Assembly (NCBI GenBank): GCA_964016885.1
Contig: OZ024742.1
Location: 238,700,001 to 238,764,000, forward strand
DNA: 64,000 bases
Direction: 5' to 3'
From: Eledone cirrhosa
Lineage: Eukaryota
Part shown: one piece after another, positions 12,465 through 25,140 of the stretch
Layout: each line of letters begins with the position of its first letter
Position numbering within the stretch: position 1 is the first letter of the stretch
The notes under the pieces: model-generated
What the model was told of the DNA's origin: nothing
What the model saw: the letters and a program-made list of their open reading frames with translations, nothing else
The model's database searches: none
Translations under genes and position numbers: made by a program

Positions 12465-13070
12465 TCTATATATATAAAGCTGTGGTTGTCTGTCTGTCTA
12501 TCGATTTTTGGCACACATCTCCTCTTAGAATCTCTGACGGAATTGCACCGAAATTGCTATACTTGTACATTGAGCCCTAGCGAAGACATTGACCCACCCT
12601 ATGTGACGAAATCGAATCTAATGTATCGATTTTTGAGCGTAAGTGACGAGTTATTTCCCTTTGTTCTGTTTACATTGAGCGTCTTACGAAAATTACGCTG
12701 GCTTTCTCAGCGTTTAAAATGACATTAACACAATACACGAACAGTTGTCGAGCCAGCAAAATTTTGACCTGCAAAATTCATCAGTTCGAACACTAAGCTT
12801 CCGTTTTGCTTCATTTCCATTTAAAAGCCTTTTAAAACAATATTTTTACTTGAAAACAAGTCTATTTAAAGACTACGTAAAACAAGCAAATATTTCGTAA
12901 AAAAAAGCAAAAATTATATAAGTTTATTTAAAATATATCTATCTGTAAATTTCGTTAGGCGTGCAGACAGACAGTCGTGCAGACAGACTTTAAGCCAAAA
13001 AAGAAACTTAACATTGTAACTTTAACACAGCTACTGAGCGACCCTGAGCAACGCCGGGCTTTACTGCTAG
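12465..13070 (+). mobile_element. Non-autonomous Helitron
   Basis: A|TCTATATATATAAAG...gtctgtctgtc at the 5' end; subterminal GC-rich hairpin-like ccctgagcaacgccggg, then CTAG|T; no TSD. Confidence 0.8.
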
Positions 13071-13607
13071 TATATAATAAATGTAATCTGAGTTTTTCGA
13101 ATATTAATAATATTCGATTCGTTTGCAATTATGCAAAGCCATGTAAGTAGAATGACCCCGTCATTCTTGCTCTTGTGTTGGCATGTAAACAGAACTGCAG
13201 ACACTAATGTTTCTGGGTGATTACCCTTCATCAGTACAGTATACTGCTTACCTGCCAACTGTCAGAGCTAGTGAAAATATATGATATTTTCTAAAATACA
13301 CAGTGATTGATCAGTCTGATTTGCATATTAGCAGACTGGCTGATCAGCCAGATTTGCATATCAGCAGATAGGCCAGTCAGTTTCCTGTACACGAGCAATT
13401 GATGGCCGGTTTTGCCATATTCAAATAACAAACAAATAGTTCATCGCTTTACATGGCTGAATACAATAAATGTAATCTGAGTTTTTCGAATATTAATAAT
13501 AATACTCGATTTGTTTGCAATTATGCAAACAACCTCTTTAAAGCCATGTCAGTAGAATGACTCGTCATTCTTGCTCTTGTGCTGACATGTAAACAGAACT
13601 GCAGACA
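13071..13607 (-). mobile_element. Terminally redundant non-coding element with hammerhead ribozyme (retrozyme / Penelope pLTR-like)
   Basis: ~13075-13203 is repeated at ~13466-13607 (offset 404 at the cleavage site); contains the hammerhead and two octamer sites. Confidence 0.7.
13194..13240 (-). ncRNA. Minimal type I hammerhead ribozyme
   Basis: ACUGUA-CUGAUGA-aGGGU(aauc)ACCCa-GAA-ACA(uuag)UGU-C/UGCAGU: all three stems and the catalytic core are present. Confidence 0.75.
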
Positions 13608-14244
13608 TATGTAAATGTGTGTGTGGGAGGGGGTGTATATATATATATATATATAATGGAAAAATTTGAACAGGAACAAAACAGAGAGGCAGTACAACGA
13701 ATGTTTATTAATTTCACACATATATATATATGTTTGCATGTTCTTCGCACGAGGCTTAAATTCTTGTCAGACTTCAATGACCTGCGCGTGTATTATTTTT
13801 GGCGGTAGCCTCCTCCTCCCATTTTCGGGATAGTGTGAGATTTTCTTTAGAACTGCTCAACTTACAACCTAACAGCTCCTTCTAGCACTGATGGTGATTA
13901 TCGCTAAATATTGATGTTGATTTAGTTATCAATATTAATATTATTGGGCACCCACTGAAGATTTGTAAGAGTCCACTTGCATAAGAATCCATGGATCTTA
14001 CACAAGTTTCTACATAACTTGGTATTATTTCACCCACCATGTAGAAATCTTATAATGAAACGATTCGTTTGGGAAATGAGTTATTTAATATATCTCATAT
14101 AAAATAATACAGCCAATTATCCACACAATACAATATAGTTAGCACCCCAAACGTTTAATTGGGAATATACTCCGGTATTTCCTAATGTTTGTTGAGCGAG
14201 TTGGAAATTGGTCGGAGTATCGCTAATAGCTTTCTCCGTTTATG

Positions 14245-14289
<45 letters not shown>

Positions 14290-14414
14290 ATATATAATGA
14301 TTATTTCATTTTGTTAGTTAATAGCAATCTCATTATTCATTGTTTTAATGCCAACTAATGCCAGCATGAAAATGTGAACATTAATGATGACATATTACTA
14401 TTAATATTATTGAT

Positions 14415-14850
14415 TGAGGTGGAAGCCACACTTCTCATCAGCACCATTGTGGCTCAGTTGCGTTGATGCACGTTTGTTAATTTTGAAAAAAAAATTATTT
14501 AAAAAAAAACATGGATTTTGTTACCGAATTTAAAGAATGCAGCGAAAGATCTGAGAGATAGAGAGAGAAGAGTCGCTATCACCAGCTGAAGCAAGGACTG
14601 AGGAAGGCAGTGTCTCTATAATGGAGACGGAATTTTAAAAAATTAAATCCATATTTAAACACAAAATAACCAGCAAAACAGTAAATAATGCCAGCACTAC
14701 CAAAGCCAAGTTATCTTTCGCTAGTGCCATGAAAACTTCTTTTTCTAAAATCACATTCTCTGAAGAAGAAGCATAAGCAAGGAGATCTAGATAGGCTCCA
14801 TAGGCAAGGACTTGGTTACTGGATGATGAACTCCTCATTCCTAACAATCA
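14415..14850 (+). mobile_element. 5' fragment of a LINE-like (probably L1/Tx1-type) element
   Basis: Shares 5' end (tgaggtggaagcca), gagtcgctatcaccagctga and tctctataatggaga with the opposite-strand copy ending at 16284. Confidence 0.5.
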
Positions 14851-15099
14851 AAGCCTATAGAAACCAGATTAGTGAATTAGTTAACAAATTTTTCTGTTTT
14901 TTTTCTTTTAACGTTGGACAGAAGGCTCTGAGATGATTAGTTGAAAGACAAATATGGCAAACACATCTCCCAGTGGTCATCATCCTACCCTAATGGAGAT
15001 GTATTTGCTCGGGAATGGCATCTACATTCCTTTGCGTGATTTGGCTGAGGATTTCAACCTCCCTCACTAACCAGTTTTCTTTTTTAGTCTGGTAGATCT

Positions 15100-15579
15100 T
15101 GAGAATTTTCAATGACTGCTATTATTAGTCAAGGAATGGTTATTTCAGGCAACACCTGTTGTATATGGATCCTTAATAGTTTCTGTCTGCAGTAGTAAAG
15201 GACTAGCAAGATCTCGTTACTTTGTAAGGGTTTCAGGGAATGAGATTTTGCTTTTTGTTCTGTAACAAATCTCACCTCCGCTTTACCAAAACCCTTGTCC
15301 CTTTGTATGAAAGTTGTTTTATTCCATATGGAACCTAAAGCTTTCCGTAGTTGAGCCTCTGTTACTATTTCCACCTCCCTAGTTTTTAATCCAATAATAT
15401 GATGACCGCTGGGTAAAGAATTGTCAAGAAATCCCAGTAGAGGAAGACCACGAAAATTATGGGCGATGTGGTGAGAGCTGACCTCAGATCGGAGGAGATC
15501 GCGAAGGACCGTGACAAATGGAGAGATGCTGTGCTGAATAGGACCCATGCCACCCTTGCAAGCAGGGAAAAGCGGACGT

Positions 15580-15633
<54 letters not shown>

Positions 15634-15997
15634 GTCTGACATTTCGTATATTGGATGGTTTTGCTAGGAGTGTTGAAGTTTACAATGTGACCATCTCTTT
15701 CCAGCAAAAAAATAAGTTTTCATGGTACGAGCAAAAGATTTGGTAGTAATGACATTATTTGTTGGTTTACTGGTTGATTAGTTGCCGTTGTTTTCATTAT
15801 TGTCTTTTTTCGATTTTATCGCTGCTGTTGTTTTTGTTGTTGTTTTCATTGTTATTCATGTTGGATGCGTTTCCAATATCATTCTATATGTTTAAAACCA
15901 TATTATTTAAAATAATATAGTTTTGTTTTCTTTTTAAATCTATCTCCATTATAGAGATGCTGTGTTCCTCACTTTTCGCGTCAGCTGGTGATAGCGA

Positions 15998-16029
<32 letters not shown>

Positions 16030-16284
16030 ATGAAACCTCTCACTGTGTTCTCCATGCTCGGTATCGGAAACGGTGTATATAACTTTTGAAAAATATTTTT
16101 ATTTTTAAATAAACAAAATTAACAAAGCCGACATCCTGTAGGGGGTGTTGCATCAACATAACTAACCCACCTGTGAGAAGTGGGTCTGTTGCTCCAAACT
16201 CTAAAACAAAAGGTTAGAGACAGTCAAAACAAACAAAAACAACACAAACTTTACAGACTGATGTGAAGCATGGCTTCTACCTCA
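15100..16284 (-). mobile_element. 5' UTR + ORF1 fragment of the same LINE-like family, interrupted by an RTE-type 3' end with (GAT)n tail (~15458-15632)
   Basis: ORF1-like peptide ...KALGSIWNKTTFIQRDKGFGKAEVRF...LRIHIQQVLPEI; homologous to 14415-14850. Clade assignment is tentative. Confidence 0.5.
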
Positions 16285-16354
16285 GTAGTCAAAACAAAAA
16301 CACAAAAAAAAATCTAATAATTATTTGTTAGAGATTCTGTATAGAAAATTTTAC

Positions 16355-16724
16355 CATGAACAATTGCAGGAATTCCTAGTAGACTTTCTTTCAAGCTCTC
16401 TCCCACAGTCCACTTATTTGTATCAACATCAAAGATCTCAACAGAATCAAGGGGTTTCTGAGTTTCAGAAACACCACCAAGTACAACAATTTTGCTGCCA
16501 ACAGCAACAGTTGCAGGCCCTGCTCTTTTGGTTGGAATTCCAGGCAAGACTTTCCAGGAATTGGCTTTTAAATCATACATTTCAAAGTTATCTAGTGGTT
16601 TGCCACGCATGTCACAGCCGCCAACTACATATAACTTATCACCAACGATGACAGGTGTTGAAAATACACGTTTTGATGGCATTGGGAGGTGGATTTCCCA
16701 TTGCCTTGGTTCTGTAGCTGCCAT
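16355..16724 (-). CDS. KLHDC8: Kelch domain-containing protein 8-like, coding exon 1
   Basis: ATG at 16724, with an upstream acceptor (ttgcag) ending at 16754. Translates MAATEPRQW...LYVVGGCD...W...IVVLGGV..., with kelch GG/W motifs resembling the KLHDC8A/B N-terminus. Donor CATG|GTAAAA, phase 1. Confidence 0.9.
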
Positions 16725-18369
16725 AATGGATTTATGTTCGACAAACTAAATAGCTGCAATGACAGAAAATACAAAATACAATAGCAATCTTATAGAAATT
16801 GTCAGCACAAGGATTAAATCATAGTCATCGCAATTTACCCCTCCTTATATAAAACCAGCTGAAAACACCACTGGTTCTATATGCAGTGATGTGTGCTGGG
16901 GATGACTGACAGGGCTGTAGCTCAAGCCCCCACAATATTTAAAGGATTCCAAACAGATTTTTTTAGCTACCATAAATAATATGCAAGGGCCCTGATAAAA
17001 TGTTCAACCAAGAGCTGCATGCAAGCTTATCCACCCCTAGTTCTATGTTAGAAAGCTGTTTGTTTTAAAGTGTTTATATCCATATTGTTACCATATTTTT
17101 AATGAAAGACACTGCCTATGATTTTCAAACAATTTTGGAAATATTTAATAAAATAACTAACTTTCTCATTATTAAATTTATGTTTGGCACATAACATAAC
17201 AAAGGTTCTTAGATAAAAATATGATGGAAGGTCTTTAGATAAATATAAACACTTTAAAACAAACAGCTTTATATTGTAGAATGACTCGTGATTTCAGGTG
17301 GCTTAGTATATGAATGTATGGTTCCATGACTCCTGGGGAAGTTGTAAGGGCACCATATTGACATGCAGCATTGCTAGGGTATTTTTAATACCTGTTGGAG
17401 CCATCTCCTCTCCAGGTCTGAACACAGCAGATTTCTTCCAGAGAAGGATAGAAAGTGAGAAAATGGGAGCAAGAAAGAAGAAAAATCGACCCCAGTACTA
17501 AACTGGTACTTTTTTTTATCAACCTAGAATGGCTGAAAGGTTAAGTTGACCTTGGTGGGATTTGAACTCAGAAAGTCGAAACAAATACAACAAAGCATTC
17601 TATCCAACATTCTAACAACTTTGTCAATTCTCCACCTAGGCTTGGTATAATAAGAGTTAAATACATTTACACAAAAATCGTGTCCTTTGAAAATGTTTGA
17701 ATTATTCTTTATTTCATAGTGTGTGTGTGAGTGTGTGTGTGTGAGTGTGTGTGTGCGTGTATTTGTTCAGTAAATGTTCTTCTAATTCAGCATGTTTAAA
17801 TCATGACTAAGCTAGCACTAAAATTACTATTTGACTGTTAAATGCAGCAATTGAAATAAATGTTTTTTGCTTATTTAAATGTCTAGATGATGATGGTTGG
17901 GTGACAAAATTCCTGTAATTCCTAGTGGGAGGGAAAAGAGAGGGAGAACTGCGCAGAAGTAGTGAGAGCTGATCTCAGAATGCTGAACCTCACAGAGATG
18001 ATGATGAAGGAATGTGAGAGTGGAAAAAAGTTGTGCTGGAGAAGACTTATCCAACATGCAAAGGCAGACATAAAAATTATGAAAAAATAAGAGCAAATGA
18101 TGATGAGGTGGTTTTATTTTAAATATATTCAGATAAAGTTTTAAAGTATGGGGATTATAAGACTATATATGCCTTTTGTTACCATATGAAAGATAATGCA
18201 ACAATTTTCAAAGAATTTTGAAGATAACCAAGAATTTGGATGGATTCTCATTGTGAAGCTGATGTTTGAAACATAACTTAAACCTTCTTACATAAAGTTA
18301 TGATGTAAAGTTTTTAGATAAATATAAACAGTTTTGTAAAATAGAACCAGTGTTGTGAAAACTGAGACA

Positions 18370-19045
18370 CTCATCCTCTCAAGGAAGTCTGTGCAGTGCA
18401 CTCTACATGTAAATAGAGTTCCACTGAAGCAGTTCAAGCATTTGGGGCCATATTGATGAGCGATGAAAGACAGGAAGCTGAATTAAGTGCAAGAATTGCA
18501 GGAGCCAGTGCAGTAATGCACCAGCTTCAGCATTCGGTCATCAGAAGAAGGGAGGTAGGTTTAAAAGCCAAAATCGCTATCTTCAATTCGGTATTGTGCC
18601 AACCCTTACCTATGCCCATGAATCTTGGGTAATGACTGAAAGAATACGATTGTGAATACAAGCGGCTGAAATGGGGTTCCTCCAAAAGGTCTTTGGAGTA
18701 ACATTACTCGATAAAGTGCATAACTTGGAGATCAAAGAGTCACTCCAGGTAGAGCCACTATTTCTCTGAATTGAGAGATCACAGCTCCGATATTACGGGC
18801 ATGTGGTTAGAATGTCTCAGGAAAGAATCATTGGATAGATTTTATGGGCCAAACCAACTGCCAGGAGACTCAGGGGTAGACCCTGAGCAAGATGGTTGGA
18901 TAACATCCATGAGCTTGGCTGGTCTCGCTTGGGGATCCAGCCAGATCAGTTGGAGTAGTTGCTTCTGACAGGATCTGTTGGAAGGAATGTTTAAGGACTC
19001 TACTCCAACAACCCTCTCAGGAATAAGTGGGTGAAGAAGAAGAGA
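18370..19045 (+). mobile_element. RTE-clade LINE 3' fragment
   Basis: Decayed KQFKHLG...ELSARI...LTYAHESW...IQAAEM..L...LRYYGHV motifs and GAA-type tail; same family as 27320-28838. Confidence 0.85.
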
Positions 19046-20529
19046 AGAACCAGAGGCGATTTAAAGCAGTTTGCTATCAAAAGATATAACCTAGTGTTAG
19101 GAAGCTAACAAAGGTCCTTAAATAAAAAAAATTATGATGAAAAGTTTTTAGGTAAATATAAAACACTTAAAAATAGTTTAGTTGTAGAACAAGGAGCAGT
19201 TTGCTATCCACAGGTTAATAATTTTAGTAAAAATTGTAAAATAAGAATGGTACAGGTCAGTGAAACTAGGAACACATATACAGCTACCTCTTAATCAAAA
19301 TACATCAGTTTTTGACATACCATATTATCATGAACCTGTAACTCCAGATTGAGTTGTAAGGGCACTGTAGTGATATACGTTGTATCTGGGGAATTTAAAC
19401 CTAGTGGAGTCCACCCCTCTCCAGATCAGAAGAGAGCCAATCTCTTCCAGAGAAAAATAGAGGGAACAAGAGAGAGAAAGTGAGAAATAATGATAGAGGA
19501 AGAATTGATCCGAGTATTGGTGTGATTTGCACCCAAAACGTAGAGAACTAGAACAAATGTTGCAAAGTATTCTATCCATCATTCTAATGACTGCTAATTC
19601 ACTGCAGACATACCACAGCATTTTAATTTTATTTACTTCCCTGTTAAATACAGTTATTTTGAAGTATGGTGGCTTGTATATTTTCCCATTTCACTGAAAT
19701 GTCGTTGACCCAGATAATTATATCCAGCAGTGACTCGCAAGTTTAGAAATTCAGTAGATTTTTGCCTTATCAAGGAAAAGTGTGTTTAAATAATCTATAC
19801 TTATAATTATCTATGTTCTGAGTTGGTGATGAATCAAAGTTTGTTTGTAGTTGACAATTTCTATACAACAAAACAGACAATTTGCTTTGTAGCCATGTGG
19901 TTTTGTGTTCAGTCCCCTTACACGACACCTTGACCAATGCTTTGTGAAAGAAATTTAGTAGACTGAAACTGTGCAGAAGTCCATCTTATATGTATAATTT
20001 TTCCTCACACAATTCTACCCAACAACAAAACAAGCCTTAAACTAGTCAAAATGTATCACACAAAATACAATTACCAAGTTAATCATCATCATCAACAGTT
20101 AAATAAAATTAAAACCATAACAGAAAAAAAAAGCTTTGAACAGGGATCTTAGTTCATACAGTATCAGTGACATGATACAATATATATAATCTTTCCTTAC
20201 ACAGCTAAATACAACAAACCTAAACTAGCCAAAAACATGTGTGTGTGTGTGTGATTTACATAGAAACCACTTGACAACTGGTGCTGATTGTTTATATCCT
20301 GCAACTAATTAGTCTGACAAATAGAGATTAATAAAATATGTACTGGGGCAAGATCGACAAATGTGACTAAAAAAATCCCTTCAATGCAGTATCCCAGCAT
20401 GGCTTCGACCTAATGACTGAAACTAGTAAAAGAGTAAAAGAATAATATATCTTCTAAAACTAGGTTGGGGGCAGGAATCATAGTATAATTGTTTAGGTTC
20501 CAGTCTACCCTTATCAGGTAAGCCAGTGT

Positions 20530-20759
20530 TTAAATCCTTTTGATATCAAATCACTGAACCTACCCCTGATTCTACAATACAATGCTGTTTATTTTAAAGT
20601 ATTTATATTTATGTAAAAACCTTCCATCATAATTCTATGTAAGAAGTTATGTTCCAAAAATCAGATAAATACTGAAAAAGTTATATTACAAAATTCCTTC
20701 CAATTTTTGATAATTTCCATAAATGATTTGTTAGAAATATGGTAATCAAAAAAGGTTAA
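20530..20759. mobile_element. piggyBac-like MITE (~230-250 bp). Related copies or fragments near 6600/10760-10930, 11040-11290, 17050-17310, 18170-18350, 19050-19220, 26710-26959, 59950-60145, 63230-63452
   Basis: TTAA-flanked ends ttaa(c)ccttt...aaa(g)ggttaa and shared internal motif ccttccatcataatt...ttatgttccaaa. Confidence 0.65.
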
Positions 20760-20804
20760 AGGCATTCCACCATGCACTTCTCATTATTTTTCTTCAGACA
20801 TAAT

Positions 20805-20971
20805 TGTTTCTACTTTTGGCACAAGGCCAGCAATTACCCAGTACATTACTGGTGCTTTATTTTATCGACCCCGTAAGGATGAAAGGCAAAGTTAACCTCG
20901 GCGGAATTTGAACTCAGACCATAAAGGGGCGTAACTATTTGCTGCAAAACATGGCGTCCGACCCTCTCCCG
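20805..20971 (-). mobile_element. Young SINE copy (same family) with 19-bp TSD
   Basis: TSD ATTTTTCTTCAGACATAAT at 20786-20804 and 20972-20990. Confidence 0.9.
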
Positions 20972-23719
20972 ATTTTTCTTCAGACATAATGTATCTAGAA
21001 CTACATTATTCAATATGTTGAGGTGGTGAGATGTGATTTGTGGAGAATTGTGGTTCTTTTTCTAGTATATCAGAAGACCATATTGTTGACTCATTGTGAA
21101 ATATTTATTTGATGTCTGCAGTTACTCTTATCTCTTCGAAAAGCAGTTAAGAGGTTTTTAAATTTAAAAAGCAGGCATGTCTGTGTGGTAAAAAAAACCT
21201 TTGCTTTGCTGATGATAGGGTTTCTAGTTTGATCCTACTGTGTGGCACCTTGGACAAGTGTCTTCTATCATGGCCTCAAGATGACAAAATACTTCATAGT
21301 CAAATTTGGTAGATGGAAACTATGCAGAAGCCCTTTAATGGTCAAATTCCTGTTCTCAGGTGCAAGACTAATCCATTGCCAGGCTTAAAACTACCACCTA
21401 GCCCTTGGGTGTGTTTAACAGAATCCATTCTGTTGCAAGCATTAGAGCCAGGTATCTAGCCTTAATACTAACTTCCTCCCATCTTCCCACCAGTCTAGGT
21501 GACCTTTAAAAGAGTCATGAGTGCTTCATTTCTTCCTCTAGCAAAGCAATTAAAAATATATGGTACTCTAGTTAAATTACTGTTATCATATTTAATGAAG
21601 TTAACTAGAAACAATTAGACACTGATTGGCCAGCTGACAATTTCAGTATAGAAAAGTTGTTAGGCATTTAATGGTATTAAACAATGTTAACCCTTTTATA
21701 ACTATTTAAGTTTTAAAATAATCCAGATTTAGGAGGGATTTAATATAATAAACTTTCTTCATTATTAATGTAAAGATTAGAACATAAGATCCTCACAGAT
21801 GGTTTATATTTAAATACGAACACTTCAAAGTGAATATTTTTTATATCATAAACTGCCTTAGGTAGGTTGGGGGTAAGTAGTATGACACTAATATGAGAGC
21901 AACCATATGGTGGTACAAAGTTCGCTGAACACATTACTTAATTTGAAACCTGTATTTTATCAGCTACGAAGGTCTAATGAATCTACAATACTGATAAATA
22001 AAAAGATAGGCATTGTAATAAAAGAAAAATTAAATTTCTAAGTTCTAAAAGAGCTTAAAAATTTAAGATGTAAGCTATGGGATTGTGCAATTTTTTGTTG
22101 TTGTTGTGTAAAGATGTTGTCTTGATACATTGTCTAACTCAGATTACACTATCCAATGTGTTTTTCCTTTTCTTTTAAGACAGTAGTGTAATTTTAAGGT
22201 GGCAAATTGGCAGAGTCATTAGAACATCAGATAGAATGCTTTGCAGTACGTGTTTTGGCTCTCTGCATTCATTCCCATGGAGGTTAACTTTGACTTTCAT
22301 CCGTTCGAGGTCAATAAAAAAAGTACCAGTCTAGTATTGGGGTCGATTCTTCCTCTATATCTCTTTCTCACTTCCATTCTCTCACTCTCTATCCTTCTCT
22401 GGAAGAAATTTGCTGTATTCAGACTTGGAGAGGAGATGGGCTCTGCCAGGTTTTTAAAAAATGCCGTAGTTACGCCGTACTCCTACAACTCCCTCAGAAG
22501 TTATGGGTCCATACATACAGTAATTTGAAGGAGATTTAGCTACTAATTTAAGCAGGTCAAGTGACTATGGTGAGATTCCAATTTTTGCTATGGTGTAAAT
22601 TTAAGGGACAAGGCAATTAAAATCTAGTTAAAATGAGAAAATATCAAATATTTAGACAAAACCCACTTCCAAGCTATTTTTGTAATTTTGTTATAACATG
22701 AATTGTTTTGCATGAGCTTGCCCATATGCCCCCTAAATTATTTGTAAATGGTGATGATATTCTATCATAAGAATATGCAATAAGTAATCTTGAATTGGCG
22801 AAATAGATCATCATCATCATCATCTTCGTTTAACGTCCATTTTCCACGCTAGCATGGGTTAGACGGGAGTTGTCCCACTTGAGGCAAGGTTGGTCGGGTG
22901 ACCGTGTCTCGCTCATATGGCAGGTTTTCTACAGCTGGATGCCCTTCCTAACACCAACCACATTTACAGATGTTGGCAGCAAATGCTGTGATCATTAACA
23001 TCAACGTTAAATGTCTATTTTCCATGCTAGCATAGGTTAGATGGGTTATCACGTTATAAGGGTAGACAGGTGAGGTAACCATATCTTGCTCATATGATCT
23101 GTGTTTAGGATTAGCTGAATGCCCTTCCTAATGCCAATCACACAACAATGTGTACTGATAGCTTTTTTGTGGCAAAATTTAAATAAAAGGATTGGATCCT
23201 AATAAGTATTGTTGTTGCACACTGTAAATGTGGTTGGCGTTAGGAAGGCTATCCAGCTGTTGAAAACCAACCCCAAAACACCCAGCCCACACTGAAAAGT
23301 GGATGTGTAAAAACATGGCGAAAAGCACCCAGCACACATTGTCTATGTGGTTTACGTTAGGAAGGACATCCAGCCGGAGAAAACCAGCCAGAAACTCTCC
23401 TATATGAGTGAGACACCATCACCCAACCCAACTTGCCTCTAATTGGGATAGATGTTAATGATGCTGATGATGATTTTGTAGTTGATAGAATAGCTGGCAG
23501 TTTTAGATGAGGTTGTTACCATGCCTTATTGTTTGGAGTCAATATATTCTCTCAATCATTAAAATAATTTTGTGAGCACTGGAAATTTATTTGCTTATAC
23601 ACAGCATTGAATTATGCAAAGTAGTTGAAAAGTTTAAAATAGGACATTGCAAACTCTTTAGACTAGAAGACATTTTATTAGAAAATCGATAAAGATATAA
23701 AGAATTAAAGGTATTATTT

Positions 23720-24386
23720 AGAGAACACCACACTTGATTTCAGGGGGAAAAACTTTTTGTCCTGTTTTTTTTTTCTCTCCGTGTGCTATCAACTAATCTA
23801 ACCTCCAAGATGTTAGCAATCAAACTTTTTTTCAGAGTTTTCCCAAGGACCTTTTTTTTCTTCACATCAATAGGATCTCTAAACCAGTCAGAAACGACTA
23901 GATTTGTAGAAAAAGTAGGGTGAAAGGGTGCAAAAAGACCATTGGAGATTTGCAGATCTACACACTCAAATTTGGTGGGAAATAATTATCTTGCCTCAAT
24001 TTTTTATGGACCTCTTAGATGCTTGTAATAGAGGTTTTTTCCTGGGTTAGGGTTAGGTTTTTCATTTTCTGGGGGAAAAAAAGTGATTGCAAGCATCTAA
24101 GAGGACCAGAAAAAAATCAAGGACAGATAATTATTTCCCATCAAATGAGAGTGTGTAGATCTGCAAATCTCCAATGGTCTTTTCGCACCCTTTCACCCTA
24201 CTTTTTCTACAAATCAAGTGGTTTCTGACTTATTTGGAGGTCATATTCGCTGATAACACGTGAAAAAAAATGGAGAGAAAACTCTGAGGAGTTCTCTGGG
24301 AAAAAAGTTGATTGCCAGAATCTTGGAGCTTAGATTAGTTGATAGCATACGAAAAACCGTGCAAAAAAACTTGCGGCGTGTTCTAT
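23720..24386. mobile_element. Foldback / long-TIR non-autonomous DNA element
   Basis: ~23780-24029 is the diverged reverse complement of ~24086-24351; outer ends agaacac...gtgttct; short spacer containing GGGTTAGGGTTAGG. Confidence 0.75.
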
Positions 24387-24559
24387 AAATTCATGGAATT
24401 AAATTGTTTTTCATCATCAATACTATGTACATACCTTCACGTATGTGTATGTGTGTATGTATGTATGCATGCATGTATCATTGAATTGGACCGATTTAGA
24501 AAATGAGATTCGTTTTCAATTATACCCACATATTTAAATTCCTGTTTATTTTGATTTGT

Positions 24560-25140
24560 TATTTCCGCATCCATCCCCTCTTGTCCGGGCTCGGTTAATG
24601 CCCAAAGATGCCGCCTGCATTCTCATCTCTCCAATTCTCTCAAAAGCCATACAAGAAAAGAATGCCTGGAGACCAAACACACAGACCTGTCCCGAATGGC
24701 AGAGAGGCTGCGTTGACATGGCTCCAGAGCTCAAGCAGGTTCTGGCCAACTGGACAACATCAAATGCAGGCCTTCCTTCAGGCGGAGCAGTCTGGCTAGG
24801 ACCAACACTGCCTCCGAGCCGATTCACAAACAAACAGCAGTGCATGGCTCAATTTGGTGCCCTCCTCATCAACAGGTACACTTCTTGATGACAAGTGCAC
24901 TCGCATCGGAGTGGCCCAATGCCTCTGAGTGTCTAAGTCACACAACTGCCGTTGTGGGGCTGTCGTTGACATGTTTGGCCTGCACTGACTGACAGGCGCC
25001 AGAGTGCAGGCCGGTTCCCGTGACATGCCTCTCTCAATGACATATTGAGAAGATCGGAACGTCAGCAGCTTGTCTGAGGAAGGAGCCCCGCTAGGTAGGG
25101 TGGCTGCTGCAGTGGGTGTCGCTAGCCATTGATCTCGGAA
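24560..25140 (+). mobile_element. Fragment of an RLE-type (CRE-like) non-LTR retrotransposon C-terminus
   Basis: Frameshifted reading AWLNLVPSSSTGTLLDD..RIGVA..L...HNCRCGAVVDMFGLH....SAGRFP.HASLNDILRR, the zinc-finger/RH motif preceding a restriction-like endonuclease. Confidence 0.7.

Noticed and set aside
15129-15746. Poly-Ile / poly-Asp ORFs
   Set aside because: Translations of a (GAT)n retroposon tail.
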